A stretch of DNA of 64,000 bases from a virus (taxonomy: Duplodnaviria; Caudoviricetes). The stretch covers positions 2,090 through 66,089 of IMG/VR virus record IMGVR_UViG_3300025316_000014; one strand, written 5' to 3'. The position numbers and the translations under genes are program-made. Each line of letters opens with the position of its first letter. The stretch's first letter is position 1. The notes below the pieces were generated by a model. The model had not been told where the DNA came from, made no database searches, and saw nothing but the letters and a program-made list of their open reading frames with translations. Positions 1 to 9,439 of the stretch are shown piece after piece.

Positions 1-1941
1 GATGTCGCGGATATTGCTTGTGATTCACCACCTTCCGGATTTAATGGTATCACTACTTTAAATGGATTACTTTCTGCTTTTGCTGCTTTATTGGCATCAT
101 TCAACGGCGCCGGGCAACTGGTGCAACTCGACAGCAGTTCACCGACGCCGAAACTGCCGGTAGCGGATGGGTCGCAACTGGTAAACCTGCCGCTAGGTGT
201 GCAATGGTACGACAATGCCGGTGCGAGCAGCAGTTCCCCGGCGTGGAATGACGGCACATTTACCATCAAGCCGTCAATCGGGCGTATGCAATCCGTCTTC
301 ATTGATGGGCCGGGGCGCACATTCATCTGCGCCAATTTCACGCTGGGGGATCAGGTGACGTTGCGTATCATTGACGAATATTCCTATGCCGTCACCTTCC
401 CCACACATGGGTATGCCGCGGGAAACTGGGACTGGGTGGGGGGCACGCCATTTGATATGACGACCGTTCCGTATGGCGGATGGGTAATGATGACCATCAC
501 GGCGGTGTTGTGTAACGATGGAACGAACATCAGTTATGTGGTGCAGTGCGACGAGCAACATTTGAATGTCCCAGTTATTGATGTAACATCTACAGACATT
601 GCTATGAACGGGACGCAAGCGGCTGGGTCCACCGGGAAAGTCGCTGATGCCGGCCACGTCCATCCGACAGATACAAGTCGGGCAGAAGCAGCCAACTTCA
701 CCGCAGTGACTAATGATGCACAACTCAAACGCGCTGCAGGGGATTATTCCTCATTCACAGCAAAAGCCGCGCCCGTTGATGCTGATGTAGTATTGATTGA
801 GGATAGCGCTGCAAGCGGGGCGAAGAAATCCACTACGCTCGGGGAGATCATTGCCCTAGTCCCAGGTGGGGTAACGTTGGACACGACGGCAGCGCATATT
901 CAAATGGATGGTACACAAGCTGCCGGGTCTCAAGGGTTAGCAGCAGACTCTGGGCACGTCCATCCGACAGATACTAGTCGGGCTGCGACAACTGCATTAC
1001 CACCGTATTTTATTGTAGCTAATTTAGTAGATATGACTGTTGCTGGGATCTATTTTCTAACAGCGTTGAACAAATTCGTGTATTACTATAATCTAGGAGG
1101 GTCAAACGGTTATTATTATATAACTGCACCGATTGATACCACAGCTACTGATATTCAAATGGATGGGACGCAAGCTGCGGGCAGCATAGGAAAAGTGGCA
1201 GACTCTGGACATGTGCATCCGACAGACACAAGTCGGGCAGCGACAACTGATATTCCGGTTATCGACCAGACAGCCACTGATATTCAAATGGACGGGACGC
1301 AAGCTGCGGGCAGCATAGGAAAAGTCGCTGATGCTGGACATGTCCATCCTACGGATACGAGCCGCGCGGCAGCGGCAGATATCCCTACTACAATGGATGT
1401 GGACGCCATTACCTATGATAATCCAGACCAGGGGTTTGAGCTTAAAGATTGTACAAGCCTTGGGGAGGCATTGACAACTATTATCGAACTGATTGATTAT
1501 GACATAAATCAATGCCAACCTATAATGGTAGAAGCAGTGCAGTTGACAGCCCCATCCCCATCAGACGGGTTGAAAGTGCTGATCAACGGAACAGCAGGGA
1601 GTGGATTTACCACATCAAATTCTATCGCAACATATACTAATGGTATTGGCTGGGCGTATTCGCGGCCTAATGTGGGAGTCATTGCTTGCAATTTAACTGA
1701 TGGTAAATGTTATGTTTTCAATGGCTCAACGTGGCCACAGCTTGTATTACCGGGTACTGATGGCAAACTGCCAGCTATTGATGGTTCAAACTTAACAGGA
1801 ATTACTCTAGCAAAGGTCGCAGCAGATTCAAGTATTACTCCCATAACTGATGGGACGTATACTGTAGGTATTGGCACATCACAGAATGGGACAATCACTG
1901 TGGCGGGTGGTATTATTACTGCAGTTCAACAAGCATCATAA
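1..1941 (+). CDS. Tail fibre protein with repeated HxH (GHVHPTDTSRA) modules; 5' partial
   Basis: Frame is open from base 1; four ~29-aa repeats I(Q/A)M(D/N)GTQAAGSxGxxADxGHVHPTDTSRA; G/S/T-rich; DGKLPAIDGSNLTG motif typical of fibres. Confidence 0.75.
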   Translation, partial: DVADIACDSPPSGFNGITTLNGLLSAFAALLASFNGAGQLVQLDSSSPTPKLPVADGSQLVNLPLGVQWYDNAGASSSSPAWNDGTFTIKPSIGRMQSVFIDGPGRTFICANFTLGDQVTLRIIDEYSYAVTFPTHGYAAGNWDWVGGTPFDMTTVPYGGWVMMTITAVLCNDGTNISYVVQCDEQHLNVPVIDVTSTDIAMNGTQAAGSTGKVADAGHVHPTDTSRAEAANFTAVTNDAQLKRAAGDYSSFTAKAAPVDADVVLIEDSAASGAKKSTTLGEIIALVPGGVTLDTTAAHIQMDGTQAAGSQGLAADSGHVHPTDTSRAATTALPPYFIVANLVDMTVAGIYFLTALNKFVYYYNLGGSNGYYYITAPIDTTATDIQMDGTQAAGSIGKVADSGHVHPTDTSRAATTDIPVIDQTATDIQMDGTQAAGSIGKVADAGHVHPTDTSRAAAADIPTTMDVDAITYDNPDQGFELKDCTSLGEALTTIIELIDYDINQCQPIMVEAVQLTAPSPSDGLKVLINGTAGSGFTTSNSIATYTNGIGWAYSRPNVGVIACNLTDGKCYVFNGSTWPQLVLPGTDGKLPAIDGSNLTGITLAKVAADSSITPITDGTYTVGIGTSQNGTITVAGGIITAVQQAS

Positions 1942-1968
1942 TTTATTCGAAAGGATTCATATTCAATA

Positions 1969-2475
1969 ATGAGTATAACGGCTCCTAAAATCACAATGAA
2001 AAGAGCAACACGGAAATATAAAAGAACGGTTGCTCATAATGATCAACTTATAGCCCATAATGATCAACTTATTTCTCATAATGATAAGCAAATTGCACAA
2101 GAAGAACGAGTAGACGCAAATGAATCAGCGAAATTAGGAGCTATTGGGATTGAGGGAGCGCTTGGGGTTATCGCTTATAGATTGAAAATAGGAGATGAAC
2201 GTTTTGCTTTGATGGAAAAAAAACTAACTGATTCAGCAAAAGATAATAATACAAAACTTTCAGAACTTGCCGTGCAATTAGGTAATATTACAACGAGAGT
2301 GGAGGATTTCATTGCTGCCTGCGCAGTGTGCACAGCAAATATCAAAGTACTTTCTAATGAATCAGAGCAAAGAAAAGGCACAAAAAATTTAGGGAAAGTT
2401 ATCTGGGCTATAGGAGGGTCAGTAATAACCGCATGGGTATTGAAACTTATCGGAGTATTAAAGTTTAAATTTTAA
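1969..2475 (+). CDS. Coiled-coil membrane protein (holin/XhlA-like lysis accessory candidate)
   Basis: Central coiled coil, C-terminal hydrophobic helix VIWAIGGSVITAWVLKLIGVL, located after the tail fibre. Confidence 0.45.
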   Translation: MSITAPKITMKRATRKYKRTVAHNDQLIAHNDQLISHNDKQIAQEERVDANESAKLGAIGIEGALGVIAYRLKIGDERFALMEKKLTDSAKDNNTKLSELAVQLGNITTRVEDFIAACAVCTANIKVLSNESEQRKGTKNLGKVIWAIGGSVITAWVLKLIGVLKFKF

Positions 2476-2476
2476 T

Positions 2477-2908
2477 TTAAACAATTGATAATACATTATA
2501 GTCTTTGCGGTATGACGACTTTTTTGCAATGCTAATCGCAGCCGGCCATCCTCGCCATATTTTATTCTCCTTATACAACATAAATTTATATTCTTCATCA
2601 TGTCCGAATATATAAATTCTATGGGTAATTTCAGAATATACTGCAACAATAGACAACCCACCACAAATGCCATACGCCCTAATCCAATTTTGTTGGTGAG
2701 GCAAAAGGAGTTTCATCGCTCGCTCTCCGGTTAACGAAACTCCTTTTGAAACTTTTACCTCTATTGCGATCGCAATACCTCCCCACCCGATGCCGAATAT
2801 ATCAAATGGCTTTTTGCCAGTATTCTGTCCATCGGCAATACGGCAAAGCAAAATATTATCAGCTTTTGCTCCAGCAAGAATTCCAGGATATAAATCTCGT
2901 TCTGTCAT
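2477..2908 (-). CDS. RecU-like Holliday junction resolvase (PD-(D/E)XK)
   Basis: PFD...IEVK...LPHQ motifs; ATG at 2908 overlaps the upstream stop (ATGA). Confidence 0.65.
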   Translation of the reverse strand: MTERDLYPGILAGAKADNILLCRIADGQNTGKKPFDIFGIGWGGIAIAIEVKVSKGVSLTGERAMKLLLPHQQNWIRAYGICGGLSIVAVYSEITHRIYIFGHDEEYKFMLYKENKIWRGWPAAISIAKKSSYRKDYNVLSIV

Positions 2909-3183
2909 ATCTTTAACGCCTCTCGACATCTTGCGATAATCCTATCATAAATAAGAATTGTTCGATCACCTTCTGGCATACTGTTATAATAAAGGAATTG
3001 CCGCAATATTGTTCCTGCTCTTATTATAATGGATATATAGTTAGGTTCTTTTAATTTTAATTCAAGTTCCAAACTATCCAACATCGCGGTTAATTCTGTG
3101 TTCTCTATTCGTCTTCGGGATTTTATGGTCGCCCAAAATTCTTCATAGTTGTCTTTATACTCGAATTCGTTATCGGTTGGCAT
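2905..3183 (-). CDS. Hypothetical protein
   Basis: SD AAGGAG upstream; operon packing. Confidence 0.6.
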   Translation of the reverse strand: MPTDNEFEYKDNYEEFWATIKSRRRIENTELTAMLDSLELELKLKEPNYISIIIRAGTILRQFLYYNSMPEGDRTILIYDRIIARCREALKI

Positions 3184-3192
3184 AATACTCCT

Positions 3193-3774
3193 TTAGTATT
3201 TTCGGACTTCCCAGAACACAGTGTTGAGTCTAAGAATACCGACAGGCACAGGATAACATGTGAATTCCACAATATGATCCGGCCAACGGAAGAATAATTG
3301 GCGAAGGTTAGCGAATGATGCACGGTCCATAGCATCCAATAATAATTGGCTTGCTTCATGGCGGTTTACGGTATACCCACCTTCAGCAAGAGCATGCTTC
3401 ATTATTTTATTAACCGCAGATATGTATAATTCAATATCAACAGGAAAACGATATAATGGCCCAGTGAGCGTTATTTCACCTTGCACTAATCTGGAGACAT
3501 TATTATCACATGCCGAAGCAGTGATAAGATCAAAATTCGCTCCATGCCGTACCCATTCTGTGGCGAGTTTAATGATATCTTCCCGCCCAAAAGGTTCACA
3601 ATAGTGCGGGAATTTTGACCCTTCTCCTGGGATGCCGTTATACATCAGCCCTACTATATCATTTAACCCGCCGCTAATATATTCGGATAATGACCATGCT
3701 GGCCAACGGTTGCCAAATTCATTTGCATAATATAATTTACGCATTTGCGATTTGTTTTTGATATCATGGACCAT
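3193..3774 (-). CDS. Hypothetical protein
   Basis: 193-aa ORF with GGAGGGGAG SD. Confidence 0.65.
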   Translation of the reverse strand: MVHDIKNKSQMRKLYYANEFGNRWPAWSLSEYISGGLNDIVGLMYNGIPGEGSKFPHYCEPFGREDIIKLATEWVRHGANFDLITASACDNNVSRLVQGEITLTGPLYRFPVDIELYISAVNKIMKHALAEGGYTVNRHEASQLLLDAMDRASFANLRQLFFRWPDHIVEFTCYPVPVGILRLNTVFWEVRKY

Positions 3775-3793
3775 GGATATTCTCCCCTCCTAC

Positions 3794-4174
3794 TCAATAC
3801 TTGCCGGTATCCTGTCGCACATGATTTTCAGCGTGCTTTGCCATATAAGCCGTATAAAAATCATCGGCTGTCATGCCAAGATTTATTGCCTCTTCAACGA
3901 TGAAGTGAATCAGGTCGACAACTTCAACTTTGATTTCGGCAATATGCCGCTCAGTTAAAAAATCTTGTGGTTCTATCTGTTTATTGCCTGATTTAACTGA
4001 CCAGTGCTTCCACGGTAGCCAGTCAAGCAATTCTGCGCCTTCCATGATAATCGCTTGGGCGGTTTGCTGCAAATGCTCAAGGCGTTTTTCTGGAGTATTA
4101 TTGCCGATGCCGTCTTTGCGGTATCGATCAATAAGATTCTTTTGCATAATAAAAATTTGCTCAAGTTTATCCAT
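3794..4174 (-). CDS. Dimeric all-alpha dUTPase / NTP pyrophosphatase
   Basis: MEGAELLDWLPWKHW, EVVDLIHF and YxxKxxENxxRQ motifs. Confidence 0.8.
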   Translation of the reverse strand: MDKLEQIFIMQKNLIDRYRKDGIGNNTPEKRLEHLQQTAQAIIMEGAELLDWLPWKHWSVKSGNKQIEPQDFLTERHIAEIKVEVVDLIHFIVEEAINLGMTADDFYTAYMAKHAENHVRQDTGKY

Positions 4175-4349
4175 AATTCCCCTTATAATATCGAAGATAT
4201 TTTAAAATTATAGGCGCACTACAGCCTTAGTTGCTTTAATACTGTAAGAGACCAATAACCTATAATTTTAGAATTGGCACGGAACAGAACCCTTTAATAA
4301 TGTAAATACTTCAGGATTCTGTTCCGTATTGGAGTCGACTTTACTGCAG

Positions 4350-5630
4350 TTAAACTTCGAGGATTGTCGCTCCAACTCGAGTTGCAATCGGGCGAGGCAT
4401 GCGGGCATTAACCATATCAAAACCTGCTGCCCATGCTCCTGCCGCCGCTTGAATTTCCCGACTATGATTGTCGCTGACAGTATCATCATGAGCTGCATAG
4501 CGGGTAATGGCATTGAGTAAATGCCACTCGGTATTACCCGGCTCTTGCTCGAATGCCTCAAGAATCCGCGGGAAAGCACGGTCAGAAAGACGCATTGCTT
4601 TAGTCCGTTCACGAAGCACAGTATGATAGTCTCCGTCGAAAGCAATCGCAGCCATTTGTCGGCTTTTGTCAACTATTGCTCCGAACTGGTTGAACACTTC
4701 TTCAGTAGCGACATTCGTCCAGAGAAGTTGATGGTTGCGCCCAGTTGCTGTTCGCTGAGACCAGCCGAAAACATTTTGATTACTGACCATGCCATTCGTG
4801 CAAACAAGGCGTTCCACATATAACGCAATCTCAATATTGCGGCCAGGAGCAAATACCAGTGATGCGCCCATTTGCAGAATATCGCCGACAACAGGGGTAA
4901 TCATTTGCTGACGTTGCCCAGTCAGAACAATCCGCAATCCGTCATCATTGATCTGGAACTGTTTGATGGTCGGAGTATCATGCGTGGCGAAAACATTATA
5001 GAATGTCTGTGCCAAATCCGCATATGAAGTGATGTCCCGGGAACCATGAGTAAAGTGCTGAACATTTTGATCATCGATCACGAGGTTCAGAGGGATAGGG
5101 CGAGCAGTCTGAATACGTTCGTTAATCACTTCTGCTTGCAAACGAGGGGATAATTTCATGATAAAATCAGCTGGGAATACGCCAAGCCAGCCGAATTCGA
5201 TAGCACTACGGCTTGTCAACCCACCGACAACACCATCTTCCGGAGTAGTCAGAACAAGACGATTGTCCTGATTTACGCCAGCCTCAATAGCGAGCAATGA
5301 TGTATGAACAACACGATGATTTGTCACATCACTCCATGGCATATTTGGCATAATATCGACGTTGATATCTTCCGAACCGCCAATAGTCGTCGGAGTGATA
5401 ATTGCCGCATTTCTGCGAGCACGAGCACGAGGAGGAGTTGGGATTGCTTCACCTTCTACTGCCTGGAGTTCTTGCTCAGCGTCCTGCAGGTCGGCTAACC
5501 GATCTGCTTCGGAAAGCAATTCCATATCCGGTTCAACTTCTGGAGCAGTTTCCAATTCTGCTTCTACTTCCGCTCCTTGAGCGGTGGAAAGTGCATCCTC
5601 CACAGGGATGATACGCTTACTTTTGGCCAT
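4350..5630 (-). CDS. DUF932-like domain protein with acidic N-terminal extension
   Basis: RLVCTNGMV and TEWHLLNAIT motifs; likely start MAKSKR at 5630 with GGAG SD. Confidence 0.55.
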   Translation of the reverse strand: MAKSKRIIPVEDALSTAQGAEVEAELETAPEVEPDMELLSEADRLADLQDAEQELQAVEGEAIPTPPRARARRNAAIITPTTIGGSEDINVDIMPNMPWSDVTNHRVVHTSLLAIEAGVNQDNRLVLTTPEDGVVGGLTSRSAIEFGWLGVFPADFIMKLSPRLQAEVINERIQTARPIPLNLVIDDQNVQHFTHGSRDITSYADLAQTFYNVFATHDTPTIKQFQINDDGLRIVLTGQRQQMITPVVGDILQMGASLVFAPGRNIEIALYVERLVCTNGMVSNQNVFGWSQRTATGRNHQLLWTNVATEEVFNQFGAIVDKSRQMAAIAFDGDYHTVLRERTKAMRLSDRAFPRILEAFEQEPGNTEWHLLNAITRYAAHDDTVSDNHSREIQAAAGAWAAGFDMVNARMPRPIATRVGATILEV

Positions 5631-5806
5631 GGTAGACTCCTTTTTGTTAGCTCCCCTTTTTATTATGTCACCCAATGGGCAGGGGGCATTGACCCTTTAT
5701 AGTTGACTGCCGCCAAGTTACGGGACAGTGTGGCTCATGGCCACCAGCAGTCAACTATATATATATGTACCCAATTTCAGATAGACCCAAACACTTTCTG
5801 ATATTT

Positions 5807-6970
5807 TTATTTTTTCTTTTTCCCTTTAATAGAACTAGTTTCTGAAGGGACTTTTACAATAGTATCCTTAATAAATTCCCTAAGTTCTGGAACCACGGCA
5901 AGCAATTTATCTATACCGCCAACTTTTACGGTAAAGAGATCACTTGACATATTCTGTAGTTTGTCCATAAGCTCCGGATCATATTCATCTGCAACAGTAG
6001 TTAATATTTGCCAAAATGGCCAAAATTCTACTTTACGAGTTAACCCAAATTCAAGAGTGAACACCTTATCGCCATGGGAATATTCCCCCTTATTGCTTGT
6101 GATTTTTTCTCGTACCTGCTCCTCAGTTTCATCAATTAATGCCGCGATAACCTTCGCCATTGCTTTTAATCTTTCCCAACGGTCGATAGGCTCTTCAGGC
6201 AATAATTTTGCAGCACTTGAAGCAGCGAATGTTGTAAAATGTTTCTCAAATTCACCGCACATTTCATGCCGTGGACATGAGGCACAATATTGATGAACAG
6301 TTTCTGGATACCCACTATATGAGTCTCCTTGCAGACTGCTTAGTGCTTCCATTGCAGTAACTTGCTCCCACATGTTGCGTACTTCATTAGAAATCCCAAT
6401 ATCTTCAGAAGGTAGCGACTCCCATTCGACAAAATATCCGAGGTTAATGTAGCCAATCCGAGTAATAATCCGCTGGAAAGGATTGCCTATCATTTTCCGG
6501 ACTGCAGCGGGGTATAGTCGTTGTTGTATTTTTTGTTGCCAATCTTCAGAAGATTCTGGCATACGGCTTGACTTGTGGTCAATGATTAGAATAGCATCAT
6601 CTGCCGTGGTTGTATAGATATCGATATACCCTAAAATTGGAGGAGCAGCCCCCCCAGTAATATCTACATAAAATTTTAGTTCAGTTTGCATCGGACGGAC
6701 CTTTAATTCATTCAATAATTGTACATAATCAAGCAATTTTTGTCGCTCTTTTATAGGAATTAATTTGAATGTAGGATGAGAAAGCGGATCAGTTCCTTCT
6801 GTGATAAACCGCTCACAAACCTCATGGCAAACCGTGCCGATATCCGCATATAATTTTGGCGACGTATCAGGAATACCTTCCAGGTAATGTGCTGCCCAAC
6901 CTCGTGGGCATTTGTAAAATGATTCAATTGAGCTTGCACTCAAATGATCGATGTCGTTTAGTGTTTTCAC
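5807..6970 (-). CDS. Cas4/RecB-like PD-(D/E)XK exonuclease
   Basis: LSASSI..F..CPR, GYID, IIDHKS, QxxLY, CxxCxxxxxC. Confidence 0.8.
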   Translation of the reverse strand: MKTLNDIDHLSASSIESFYKCPRGWAAHYLEGIPDTSPKLYADIGTVCHEVCERFITEGTDPLSHPTFKLIPIKERQKLLDYVQLLNELKVRPMQTELKFYVDITGGAAPPILGYIDIYTTTADDAILIIDHKSSRMPESSEDWQQKIQQRLYPAAVRKMIGNPFQRIITRIGYINLGYFVEWESLPSEDIGISNEVRNMWEQVTAMEALSSLQGDSYSGYPETVHQYCASCPRHEMCGEFEKHFTTFAASSAAKLLPEEPIDRWERLKAMAKVIAALIDETEEQVREKITSNKGEYSHGDKVFTLEFGLTRKVEFWPFWQILTTVADEYDPELMDKLQNMSSDLFTVKVGGIDKLLAVVPELREFIKDTIVKVPSETSSIKGKKKK

Positions 6971-6971
6971 G

Positions 6972-7316
6972 TTAATATCCTCCTATTGAGTTATTCGCTT
7001 TAACGAATTCGTTAACTTCCTTTCGGAACCTATACCGCTCTTTATAACATTTCGCCAATCGTAGTACTGTCCTCGCTGTGATTGCAAAACTATTAAATAG
7101 ACGAGCATGCTTATAAATTATTGACGGACCTGGTTTAGACAAGAGTCGCCACCCGTTGTTTGTCAACCACATATAATCCCCCGCATAATGACGTTTTTTT
7201 ACACACCACTTACCTTCCACGGTCTGTAAAAAAGTATAACGCCCTTTATATGGAAAGGTTAATATAATTTCTAAATCCACCCCTCCTGGAGGAATAGATA
7301 TTCGTTGGCAGGTCAT
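6972..7316 (-). CDS. Hypothetical protein
   Basis: SD GGGAG upstream of ATG 7316. Confidence 0.5.
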   Translation of the reverse strand: MTCQRISIPPGGVDLEIILTFPYKGRYTFLQTVEGKWCVKKRHYAGDYMWLTNNGWRLLSKPGPSIIYKHARLFNSFAITARTVLRLAKCYKERYRFRKEVNEFVKANNSIGGY

Positions 7317-7333
7317 TTTATTATTCTCCCTAA

Positions 7334-8053
7334 TCAATACTGGAGCGCACAAGGGTGCTTACATTCATTAAATTGGCAGGGTGGCCCCATAAGTTCCGCT
7401 ACCATATTGGAAGCTAATGATGCTCCATCCCCGGATAGTTGATATTCAATAGCCTCAAACAAGCGACGAATTTCATCTTGAGCATGCCCGCACATTCGTT
7501 GCCGTGATATTAATATTAACTCACGCGCATTTACTGTCATGCAAATTTGTGTCTCACACGCATTCGGCAGCAAATAACGGGCATCCTCTCCAGCTTGCCG
7601 CTTGTTAGCTCCGCTATCCTGAAGCATCATACTTAGTCGTTTATACGCGTTTTGGATTATGCCGACTGTGTCGTTATATAAAAGACATGCCTCAGGATTT
7701 CCCTGAATTTGTTTTGGTATAATATAAGAGAACTCCCCTTCATCAACATACCTTTGGGACCGTTGAGCGTATGTTGCAAGTCGATGTCGAACAAGTTGAT
7801 GTGAACACGCTCGGGAAATTCCGATAATTCCAATCTCAAATTGCAGTTTTTCGAGCATACTCCAATGTCCAGTGGAGATGATCTTCTCTTGCAAAAAGGC
7901 ATACATTTCATCTTCACTTTTATGCACAGAATCGTGTATAAGTGATTCAATTCCTCCCTTTGCATAACAGGTCCGAGCAGCAATATACATCGGCAATAAT
8001 GTCGACGGATTACTGATAATAGTGACTTTTAATTCAGCTATAGATTGATTCAT
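7334..8053 (-). CDS. thyX: Flavin-dependent thymidylate synthase (canonical copy)
   Basis: GHWSMLE, SRACSHQLVRHRLATYAQRSQRY (RHRx7SxRY), EDARYLLP, AQDEIR. Confidence 0.92.
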   Translation of the reverse strand: MNQSIAELKVTIISNPSTLLPMYIAARTCYAKGGIESLIHDSVHKSEDEMYAFLQEKIISTGHWSMLEKLQFEIGIIGISRACSHQLVRHRLATYAQRSQRYVDEGEFSYIIPKQIQGNPEACLLYNDTVGIIQNAYKRLSMMLQDSGANKRQAGEDARYLLPNACETQICMTVNARELILISRQRMCGHAQDEIRRLFEAIEYQLSGDGASLASNMVAELMGPPCQFNECKHPCALQY

Positions 8054-8069
8054 CTCCCATTCTCCTTTT

Positions 8070-8543
8070 CTACTGGCGGTTGCGCCATGCGTCAACAAGT
8101 TGAGCAAATTTGATAGTCTCCGATTCTGTCAACTCCAGAATTTGAAAGTCTGCTACAAATTCCGCGACCTCTTTGGCGAGTTGTAGGCGCCGGTAGGTGG
8201 CAAGCGCATCGGAGACACATGACAACGCTATTATGCGGTTGAGTCCGGCCATAGGCTCAAATATCTCATTGTATGCCCTACTCTCAAAATCATAATTTGA
8301 TGCCGCCTTTTCTAGGTCATCTACAATAGATGTCACATCGTCGCACACTTTTAGTTGCCACGCCTTGAGCGCCTCTACCTCTGCCCGCGCCGCGTCCCGT
8401 TCCGCCGCCAGCTCCCTAATTTTAGTTTGCAAATTTATGTCTTCTTTTCTCATATTTGCCACGCAATCATGGCATAAAGATGGAGTGCAATCACTCCATA
8501 TATAATAAATATAGTTGCATTGACACCGCTCGCATTTTAACAC
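8070..8543 (-). CDS. Hypothetical Zn-finger / coiled-coil protein
   Basis: CxxC...CxxC followed by coiled coil; GTG start after a strong SD. Confidence 0.55.
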   Translation of the reverse strand: MLKCERCQCNYIYYIWSDCTPSLCHDCVANMRKEDINLQTKIRELAAERDAARAEVEALKAWQLKVCDDVTSIVDDLEKAASNYDFESRAYNEIFEPMAGLNRIIALSCVSDALATYRRLQLAKEVAEFVADFQILELTESETIKFAQLVDAWRNRQ

Positions 8544-8544
8544 G

Positions 8545-8660
8545 TTATTCCCCCTTCCCTTTAGCTTTCCCACAACTCATACAAAAAACATTTTTTTCTC
8601 AGTACTCCACCAATAATCATGCCACCCCAATTTGCAGAGTAGTTTGCTAATATTAAACAT
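8545..8660 (-). pseudogene. Small DUF1660-like Zn-binding protein, frameshifted
   Basis: KLLCKLGWHDY in frame 0 and CMSCGK...stop in the -1 frame across A7/T6 homopolymers. Confidence 0.4.
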
Positions 8661-9009
8661 CGGCAGTTCCCTTCGTCTTCCTCCAAAATTCCCACCATTT
8701 TTTCGATCGTAAATTTGCAAGTTCTTGAACAATATTTTTATAAGTTTGAAAAAGACTTTCATATTTATGTTCAAGGTCAGCATATTTTGCATTATTATGC
8801 CAAAATTCTTTATTATATTTTTTTATTGTTTCTTGATTTTGCTTATTTTCTATTGTCAACTTTGCTAAAGCATCTTTAGTTTTTTCTAATTCTGCTTCAG
8901 CAGGAGTATTTTGTATACCTTCAGCTATATCAAGTAATTCGAAAAACTCTTCACGAGTTACTTGGCCATACCCTAATTTGCGCAATTCATGAATACGTTT
9001 ATTTTTCAT
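8653..9009 (-). CDS. Hypothetical coiled-coil protein ending in a KKWWEFWR motif
   Basis: SD AAAGGGGAG; heptad pattern. Confidence 0.6.
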   Translation of the reverse strand: MKNKRIHELRKLGYGQVTREEFFELLDIAEGIQNTPAEAELEKTKDALAKLTIENKQNQETIKKYNKEFWHNNAKYADLEHKYESLFQTYKNIVQELANLRSKKWWEFWRKTKGTADV

Positions 9010-9439
9010 TTCTCCCCTTTCTTATTATTGGCGGTGATAACAAAGTGCCAATTTTGTTATTAATATGCAACATTTCATCTAACCATTCTGGCAACTCTTC
9101 ATTATGTGAATCACACCATTGGCAGATAACATTTATTTGTGCTTGTGTCGCAATTTTATCTCCTTCCCACCATATTCCTTTCCCAGAACCGTATGCCCAT
9201 GGTTCATCTCATAATTTAATCCAACCAGCTTGCTCTAAATCAGTAATACCACGGCTACGTTCAAGAGTGATCTGTAGTCGAATATGTTCTTCACGAGAAC
9301 AGCAGAATAATTCCCCCTCCGGGGATAACCAGGCATACCTTACTAAGCTATTCTCGACTAGCACTGTAAATAATGGAACAATATCATTATCATCCCATTG
9401 TTCGCGTGCAATGTTTACTAAACTGTATTGGCTGTTCAT
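8999..9439 (-). pseudogene. Phage small-domain gene interrupted by an in-frame TGA (9209-9211)
   Basis: WLSPEG...H...LEQAGWIKL*DEPW...TQAQINVICQW; frame stays open 69 codons after the TGA and fills the gap to the next gene. Confidence 0.55.

Noticed and set aside
2032-2094. Three 21-nt repeats (xHNDQLI)
   Set aside because: A simple heptad expansion within a coiled-coil coding region.
5807-6970. Cas4 as part of a CRISPR-Cas system
   Set aside because: No array or other cas genes; solo Cas4-like nucleases are common in phage recombination modules.
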